Below are positions 58,256 to 64,000 of a DNA stretch of 64,000 bases, in pieces; position 1 is the first letter of the stretch; each line of letters opens with the position of its first letter. The translations under genes were made by a program, and so were the position numbers. The notes below the pieces were generated by a model. It searched no databases. It was not told where the DNA came from and saw nothing but the letters and a program-made list of their open reading frames with translations. The stretch is from Chloroflexota bacterium (lineage in GTDB: Bacteria > Chloroflexota > Dehalococcoidia > Lucifugimonadales > QGNO01): the NCBI GenBank assembly GCA_003228195.2, contig QGNO01000001.1, positions 85,550-149,549 on the forward strand, given 5' to 3'.

Positions 58256-59457
58256 CTTCGGTTTTTTAGAATTTCAACCACTCTGTGAAGTATGTTTTGG
58301 GCCACGGAGTATTTGCTCATTCTGGGTAGGTCTTCGATAAAGCCACAGCTTCCTATGATAGTCACCTTGTTGGTGTCTGATCCGAACACCCCATTGCTTG
58401 AAGATACGTCGTTAGCTACTAACAGGTCGGCGCCTTTCGAATCTAGTTTGATTCTAGCGTTTTTTAAAAGATCCTCAGTTTCGGCTGCGAAACCTACTTT
58501 GACTTTAGCTCCGTTTGCTTCAGCCAGTATGTCTGGATTCGTTTCGAGTTCTAGGTACGGACTGTTGCTTGACCCTTTCTTAATCTTGTGGGGTGATTTT
58601 AATCTGGCTTTATAGTCACTGACTGCAGCAGCCATAATTAAGGCGTCTGCATTTTTTGAAGCTTTTATAACTGCTTTGTACATGTCTTCGGTATTTTCGA
58701 CATGTATCACTTCGATCGCAGAAGGGTCGGAAAGCTGAGTCGCTGCTGTTATTAGTACGGTATTTGCACCGTTGTCTCGGGCTGCCTCCGCTATTGCGTA
58801 ACCCATTTTTCCTGATGAACGGTTTGTTAGAATTCTGACTGGGTCTATTGATTCGATAGTCCCTCCCGCCGTGACCACGATTTTCCTACCAGCTAACTGG
58901 CTATTTTTCCCGAGTTCGGCAGACAAATGGCCGATGAGTTCCTTGACCTCTATCATGCGACCAGTTCCTGTGAGTCCAGATGCGAGCCGCCCAGTAATCG
59001 GGCCCACTATCGTTGCACCACGTTTCTTCAGCTTGAGGACGTTCTCTTGCACTATCGCGGCTTCAAACATATTGGCATCCATAGCGGGTGCCAAAACCAA
59101 TGGAGCCGAGGTTGCTATAACGGTTAGTGATATAGGATCATCTGCGAGTCCAGATGCTAGTTTACCTATCATGTTGGCCGTTGTGGGGGCTATTACAACT
59201 AGGTCAGCCCTTTGAGCCAAAGCAACATGTGCCATAGCAATTTCCGATTCCGGATCGTAAAGATTAGTTATCACTGGTCTGTGGGCGATACTTTTAAATG
59301 TAAGTGGATTTATAAATTTCTGGGCCGCTTCAGTCAGGATCACGTCCACATTTGCCCCAAGTTGAACGAGTTTGCTACATAGGTCAGCAGCTTTGTAACA
59401 AGCTATGCTCCCCGTAACACCGAGGACTATATTTTTGTTTTCAAATGGCGACTTCAC
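58252..59457 (-). CDS. coaBC: Bifunctional phosphopantothenoylcysteine decarboxylase / phosphopantothenate--cysteine ligase
   Basis: Flavoprotein N-domain (LGVTGSIACYKA, PAMDANM) and CoaB C-domain (ITNRSSGKMGYAIA, AAVSDY). Confidence 0.95.
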   Translation of the reverse strand: MKSPFENKNIVLGVTGSIACYKAADLCSKLVQLGANVDVILTEAAQKFINPLTFKSIAHRPVITNLYDPESEIAMAHVALAQRADLVVIAPTTANMIGKLASGLADDPISLTVIATSAPLVLAPAMDANMFEAAIVQENVLKLKKRGATIVGPITGRLASGLTGTGRMIEVKELIGHLSAELGKNSQLAGRKIVVTAGGTIESIDPVRILTNRSSGKMGYAIAEAARDNGANTVLITAATQLSDPSAIEVIHVENTEDMYKAVIKASKNADALIMAAAVSDYKARLKSPHKIKKGSSNSPYLELETNPDILAEANGAKVKVGFAAETEDLLKNARIKLDSKGADLLVANDVSSSNGVFGSDTNKVTIIGSCGFIEDLPRMSKYSVAQNILHRVVEILKNRS

Positions 59458-60248
59458 TGTAATTCCCCTTTTTGGATTCCAGAGCTGTTCAGTCCATAGA
59501 TTATTCTCAGTCCGATAAGTGTAAGGTCCAAATTCACAAAGTCAAAAACGTCAGATTCTTCAGCTATGAGGGGTGATTGGCCGCCAGTGCCTATCACTTT
59601 TACAACATTGCTGTTTAGCTCAGCCTTAAATCGCTTGACCATGCCTTCAATGAGATCCACGTTTCCTAGGATCAATCCTGCCTGTAATGCATGGGTGGTA
59701 TTTTTCCCGATCACTGTACGCGGAGCCGCTAGTTCGACTCGACGCAACTGTGATGTGTTTGAGAACAAAGCTTCTGCTGAAAGTCTCAATCCCGGTGCTA
59801 TAGCCCCGCCGAGGTATTCAGCCTTATCAGAAACGGCATCCAGAACTGTCGCGGTACCACAGTCAACGATAATGCATGGTCCGCCATAGAGTTGAAATGC
59901 ACTTGCTGCATCTACTATTCGATCGGCACCGACATCTCGAGGATTATCGTATAGTATCTTGATTCCCGTACGTACCCCGGCACCTACAACCAGAGGTTCA
60001 TTATTGAAGTAGCGGTTACAAAGCTCAGTGAAAACTTGAGTTAGAGGTGGGACTACACTACATATCGCTACTGCATCAATTTGCTTAGTGGCTATACCTT
60101 CGAGTGAGAGAAGGTTTATCACGTTTAGTCCGTATTCATCAGCCATTCTTTGCGGTGTAGTCGAAAGCCTCCAAGTTGCCACAAGATCGGCTTCTTGGAA
60201 CACTCCAAGCGTGATGTTCGTGTTGCCTATGTCTATTGTCAATAACAT
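59454..60248 (-). CDS. coaX: Type III pantothenate kinase
   Basis: LLTIDIGNTN, VDCGTAT, DLTLIGL. It overlaps the coaBC start by 4 nt. Confidence 0.93.
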   Translation of the reverse strand: MLLTIDIGNTNITLGVFQEADLVATWRLSTTPQRMADEYGLNVINLLSLEGIATKQIDAVAICSVVPPLTQVFTELCNRYFNNEPLVVGAGVRTGIKILYDNPRDVGADRIVDAASAFQLYGGPCIIVDCGTATVLDAVSDKAEYLGGAIAPGLRLSAEALFSNTSQLRRVELAAPRTVIGKNTTHALQAGLILGNVDLIEGMVKRFKAELNSNVVKVIGTGGQSPLIAEESDVFDFVNLDLTLIGLRIIYGLNSSGIQKGELQ

Positions 60249-60411
60249 ATCGGTCGCCGCAAATGTCGCCGCCGTTTCATACCATTATAGCAAAGACTAA
60301 CGTCTGCTGTGAGAATTGCTAGTTAGTGGGCTATATTCAAGAGTGGGAATAAAGCAACGACCCGAGCGACTGATGCTTGGTTTAGATCCGGCCAATCGGC
60401 CCCTCGGTTGC

Positions 60412-60433
60412 CCGACTAGAACCGTCTAGTCGG
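60412..60433. other. Perfect 9-bp stem / 4-nt loop hairpin (CCGACTAGA-accg-TCTAGTCGG) inside a GC-rich intergenic segment
   Basis: Read directly. No U-tract follows on either strand, so it is not a classical terminator. A second stem ATGCAA...TTGCAT lies at 60445-60469. Confidence 0.6.
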
Positions 60434-60528
60434 TGCCTCTCATCATGCAACCACTCAGGTCGATTGCATCCTATCACTACCTTCAAATATGCTGTCGACT
60501 CTTTTCCGCGGGAATTTTCAAAAGAATT

Positions 60529-61743
60529 TTACTTATTGCTAATCTTCCCCCATTTTAGGGTGGAAGTGAACGCGCTAAGGGCTATCGCAATCGCACCTGC
60601 TAGGAAAAACGCATAGCTCAAATTGGTCGAATCAGCGAGTAATCCTGCGAGATACGGTGAGACAGCAGAAAATATGACACCAGAACTAAAAACTAATGAA
60701 ATGGTAGTTGCCGGCATATTGCTTTGAGCTTGATCTATACCAGCAGCTAGAAGAATGGACATTAGTGAATATGAGACAGACCCCATTAAAAGAACCGTCA
60801 CTATTAGAAGAAGAGGTACAGAACCAGCGAATGGTATTGCTATCGTGAGCAAACCCAATATGGCAAGAGATGGAACTAACACTGATTTTCTTGAATATTT
60901 GTCAGACAAATATCCCAGGAATGGTTGAGCTCCGATTCCTACCACTTGGGATCCAGATACGAAAGCTGCTGTAATAAGTATTGGAAACCCTAGATCATTC
61001 TTCAGATAGATGGGTAAGAATGTCATAATTATTCCCTGAGACGAGCTAAACCCGGCTGTCACTATTAAAGTGGTAATTAGCCCACGTATGCGAAGCATTT
61101 GCCATAAGGATCTTAAATATCCCATAAATGACAAATCAAACTGATTATTCCCCTGCAGATTCTTCAGTGTGATCCATGTTATTACTCCCATCATGAAAGC
61201 GGGAATTACTCCAATCTGCAGAACCGTACGCCATAGGAAGACCGTTAATAGAGTGCCGACAAGAAAAGGTCCTAATGCCTCACCAATACTGCCTCCGGTA
61301 CCATGCAGTGATATCGCAAATCCGCGCCTTTGTGGAAAACGCTCAGCAAGGGCGGCAATAGCGGGTGGGTGCCAAAAAGATATCGCTATACCGGCAATTG
61401 TAGTGTTGATCAAGAGTAATGTATAAGAGTTGCCCCAGCCTATGAAGAAATGAAAAATTCCTACCAGAATAATTGACACCGATAGCATTTCCTTCCATCT
61501 ATTGTTGAATCTATCGGCCATATAGCCTGCAGACAGATTGCCCAGACCACTACCCGCATTCCTAATTGTGGATATCATTCCAACACCCGCATGGCTTAAC
61601 CCGAAGTGAATTTGTATCTCTGTGAGTATTATGAAAAAGCCAGCCACGAAAAGGTGCTTTACTGCGTGACCAAGAACCAGTACGGAAGTAAGTATTTTTT
61701 CAGTTGGCCCGATATTTTCGACAGGTGCGTTATTTGATTTCAT
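60529..61743 (-). CDS. MFS transporter
   Basis: 404 aa with about 12 hydrophobic segments and an MFS loop motif (GYMADRFNNR). Confidence 0.88.
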   Translation of the reverse strand: MKSNNAPVENIGPTEKILTSVLVLGHAVKHLFVAGFFIILTEIQIHFGLSHAGVGMISTIRNAGSGLGNLSAGYMADRFNNRWKEMLSVSIILVGIFHFFIGWGNSYTLLLINTTIAGIAISFWHPPAIAALAERFPQRRGFAISLHGTGGSIGEALGPFLVGTLLTVFLWRTVLQIGVIPAFMMGVITWITLKNLQGNNQFDLSFMGYLRSLWQMLRIRGLITTLIVTAGFSSSQGIIMTFLPIYLKNDLGFPILITAAFVSGSQVVGIGAQPFLGYLSDKYSRKSVLVPSLAILGLLTIAIPFAGSVPLLLIVTVLLMGSVSYSLMSILLAAGIDQAQSNMPATTISLVFSSGVIFSAVSPYLAGLLADSTNLSYAFFLAGAIAIALSAFTSTLKWGKISNK

Positions 61744-63298
61744 ACGATTCCTTTATAGATTTAATTTGCAAAGGGATCTCATTTAGTAGATCGGAGGCTA
61801 ATAAGCCAGAATCGCCAATGCGGAGGCCGATTTGCTCGCCCGATAAACCATGAAGATAAGCGCCACAGGTAGCAGCGTCAAGAGAGGATAGCCCTTGTGC
61901 AAGAAGCCCACCTATTAGGCCAGTAAGAACATCGCCTGTGCCAGCGGACGCTAAGAGGGGATTAGCAAAGGGATTTATACGAGCATGTTCTTTATCAGGA
62001 GTTACTATTGACAGCGCACCCTTCAGAAGCACTACCTTTTCCCAGTAACCAGCACTTTCTTTTGCGATTCCTAAGCGATCCTTTTGAACTTCGTCCACGG
62101 AAGTTCCAAGCAATCGGGCCATTTCACGTGGGTGAGGTGTAAGAATCGTGTGCGAATTGAGGTGTTTGTGCCAGCCGTCAAATTTGGCTAGAAAATTTAG
62201 GGCGTCGGCATCTATTACTATGGGTAAATCGGGAAGGTTTTGATTTTGTAGGAGAAGACGGCTGAGGAATTCACCGGTTTTATTATGCTGACCCAGACCA
62301 CACCCAATGACCATCGCGTCATATTCCGGCAACTTTTCAATTACCTTATCAACATCTTCGTCGTCGATCTCTCCGGTATTTGTGCTTGAGAGTGGTATGA
62401 AGGTCACCTCCGATAATTTAGAAGCTACTATTGGATACACATTCTCGCTAGTAGCGAGAGTGACCAGGCCGACTCCAGAACGATATGCAGCGCTGCAGGC
62501 TAAAATACTGGCGCCAACATAGCTCATTGATCCGGCCACGACTAAAAGGCGACCAAAAGTACCTTTATGGGCATGCTTGGCTCGTTTTGGAAGGAGTGAA
62601 GCAACCAACTCGGGTGTTATTAATTCCAAAGTAATATCGTTTGCAAGTCCTTTTGGCACTCCAATATCTACCGTAGAAAGTTCCCCAGTTGCAACTAACC
62701 CTGGCATTGTGAAGTGACCCAATTTAGGATTCGATAAGGCGACAGTTTGGTCCGCTCCGGCGCAAGAGGGGTCGACCTGACCGCTATCGGAATCGACGCC
62801 TGTTGGGAGATCTACAGCCAGTACCTGAATCCTATTGTCGTTTCGTGCTTTTGAAATTTCTGCAAGGATCTCTTGTAATTGACCTTTAATTGGTCTGCTT
62901 CTCCCGGTTCCCAGGATGGCATCAATAACTAAATGTGAATTCCGAATGACTTTTTTTAGAGCTGCCAGGTTAGGGTCGCTGGATGCATAAATTACACTGA
63001 TGTCAAGTTTTTTTAAGGAGTCCATTTTCTGGTCAGGAATTTTTCTGCCTAGGCAGACATAGACGGTTACGTTAGTGCCCGTGCTCTTAAGATGAGAAGC
63101 CGCAACAAGTCCGTCTCCTCCGTTGTTTCCGGAACCAACTAATATTAATACGGGCGACTTTTTTGGCTCTGATAAGATCGTTATTGCTTTGTAGGCTATC
63201 TCACGTCCAGCGTTCTCCATCAATTGTTCTTTGGAAACCCCAGACGCCTCTGACATGTTCTCCAAGTCGGACATTTGTTTGGAGGTTACTATTTTCAT
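61730..63298 (-). CDS. nnr: Bifunctional NAD(P)H-hydrate repair enzyme (epimerase plus ADP-dependent dehydratase)
   Basis: YjeF_N part (VGSGNNGGDGLV) and C-terminal carbohydrate-kinase part (GSMSYVGASILA, GTGDVLTG). Confidence 0.92.
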   Translation of the reverse strand: MKIVTSKQMSDLENMSEASGVSKEQLMENAGREIAYKAITILSEPKKSPVLILVGSGNNGGDGLVAASHLKSTGTNVTVYVCLGRKIPDQKMDSLKKLDISVIYASSDPNLAALKKVIRNSHLVIDAILGTGRSRPIKGQLQEILAEISKARNDNRIQVLAVDLPTGVDSDSGQVDPSCAGADQTVALSNPKLGHFTMPGLVATGELSTVDIGVPKGLANDITLELITPELVASLLPKRAKHAHKGTFGRLLVVAGSMSYVGASILACSAAYRSGVGLVTLATSENVYPIVASKLSEVTFIPLSSTNTGEIDDEDVDKVIEKLPEYDAMVIGCGLGQHNKTGEFLSRLLLQNQNLPDLPIVIDADALNFLAKFDGWHKHLNSHTILTPHPREMARLLGTSVDEVQKDRLGIAKESAGYWEKVVLLKGALSIVTPDKEHARINPFANPLLASAGTGDVLTGLIGGLLAQGLSSLDAATCGAYLHGLSGEQIGLRIGDSGLLASDLLNEIPLQIKSIKESYEIK

Positions 63299-63669
63299 AG
63301 GGGATTCTTTGAATCAATAGATACTGAGGCCACCGCATACTTTCTGGAGTGAGATATGCTCAAGGCTATATGAATGACAGCAGTTTTTACCGCCACCATT
63401 GCAGCGCGACCGTGGAGTTCTACTTTAGGGCGATCTCCGCGTTGACGGGTCACTTCGACGTCTCTCCAGCCTACTCCACGAACTCCAGTGCCAAGCGCTT
63501 TCATGACAGCTTCTTTAGCTGCAAAACGTGCTGCGAGTTGTGGAAAGCGACCTCTGCAGTAATCGAGTTCCTTTTTAGTGTAAATACGGTTAAGAAACCG
63601 TGCACCCCAACGGTCTATCACGGAAGCTATGCGGTCTATCTCAATTATGTCTATACCTACGGTGTTCAC
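63295..63669 (-). CDS. acpS: Holo-[acyl-carrier-protein] synthase
   Basis: VGIDIIEIDRI, FAAKEAVMKALG, LSISHS. It overlaps the nnr start by 4 nt. Confidence 0.92.
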   Translation of the reverse strand: MNTVGIDIIEIDRIASVIDRWGARFLNRIYTKKELDYCRGRFPQLAARFAAKEAVMKALGTGVRGVGWRDVEVTRQRGDRPKVELHGRAAMVAVKTAVIHIALSISHSRKYAVASVSIDSKNPL

Positions 63670-63843
63670 AGATCAATTATATTATTTATCGTTACAAAAT
63701 ATCACTACCAAACGGATCGTGAATTTCCAGCGGGATCTATTGGGGCGAATGAAAGTGGTTTTCATGTACTTCACTATGGTTTAACAAGTCGTATTAGGTT
63801 AACCTATGAATGAAATATGTAGATGTTGAATTGAGAGGGCCTA

Positions 63844-64000
63844 GTGGCAGCTTCCATAATTAACGGTAAAGGGATTGCCCAAGAAATTAGAAGTGAAGTC
63901 AAAGCAGAAATCGAGATTCTCAAAGAATCGCGCGGATTAACCCCGGGATTAGCAGTGGTCTTGATTGGCAATGATCCCGCATCAGCAATATATGTTAAGA
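63844..64000 (+). CDS. folD: Bifunctional methylenetetrahydrofolate dehydrogenase/cyclohydrolase FolD, first 52 codons; continues beyond the right edge
   Basis: Missing from the ORF track. My translation from the GTG at 63844 reads VAASIINGKGIAQEIRSEVKAEIEILKESRGLTPGLAVVLIGNDPASAIYVK. RBS GAGAGGG at 63833-63839, with an in-frame TGA at 63832-63834 upstream. Confidence 0.85.
   Translation, partial: MAASIINGKGIAQEIRSEVKAEIEILKESRGLTPGLAVVLIGNDPASAIYVK

Noticed and set aside
60300-60480. The GC-rich intergenic element as an SRP (4.5S) RNA, 6S RNA or tmRNA.
   Set aside because: Neither strand has the conserved SRP domain IV sequence (GGAAGCAGCC-type with a GNRA loop). The element is too short for tmRNA or RNase P, and I could not fold a 6S-like long bulged duplex by eye. 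It is kept as an unclassified element in the findings.

Overview
Gene-dense (about 90% coding), moderately AT-rich bacterial chromosomal window. I saw no rRNA, CRISPR array, transposase, integrase or phage genes. All family calls come from reading motifs in the supplied translations and in my own translations; no database search was possible.

Housekeeping content:
- Two genes are cut by the window edges and are missing from the ORF track: uvrA at the left edge and folD at the right edge.
- pdxS-pdxT, an R3H/AAA (Ycf45-like) ATPase, and tmk.
- A split biotin carboxylase plus BCCP pair.
- A tightly packed ybeY-dnaX-ybaB-recR-recO string.
- leuS, one tRNA-Ala(GGC), purA, a thiolase, prs, secA, valS and a ROK glucokinase.
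- rpiB, coaX-coaBC, nnr and acpS.

Accessory content sits mainly in an ~18 kb block transcribed entirely on the minus strand (35716-53520). In transcription order it holds:
- a surface-anchored six-Asp-box (BNR) beta-propeller protein;
- a family-5 ABC importer with oversized binding protein and permease;
- a hydantoinase-like amidohydrolase / MmgE-PrpD / SDR trio;
- an S9 peptidase;
- a three-gene envelope operon (35716-38281) that I cannot place in any named family.

That three-gene operon is my best candidate for an undescribed system, possibly copper or redox handling. It encodes an anchored Ig-like protein, a His-rich cupredoxin-like lipoprotein, and a 517-aa polytopic membrane protein. 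The last has a predicted mature N-terminal His and a six-Cys loop.

Other points worth a second look:
- a PAL-like NHL propeller plus YHS/TRASH pair behind a ~210-nt leader carrying a G8 tract;
- a secreted HEWLH protein;
- a zinc-ribbon membrane protein with no canonical start codon;
- a truncated HAD remnant next to tandem FAH paralogs;
- a GC-rich structured intergenic element upstream of coaX.

Gene content hints at a marine Chloroflexota-like (SAR202-like) organism: membrane- or lipid-anchored binding proteins, FAH / MmgE-PrpD / hydantoinase paralogs, and a Ycf45-like ATPase. This is a weak inference only.
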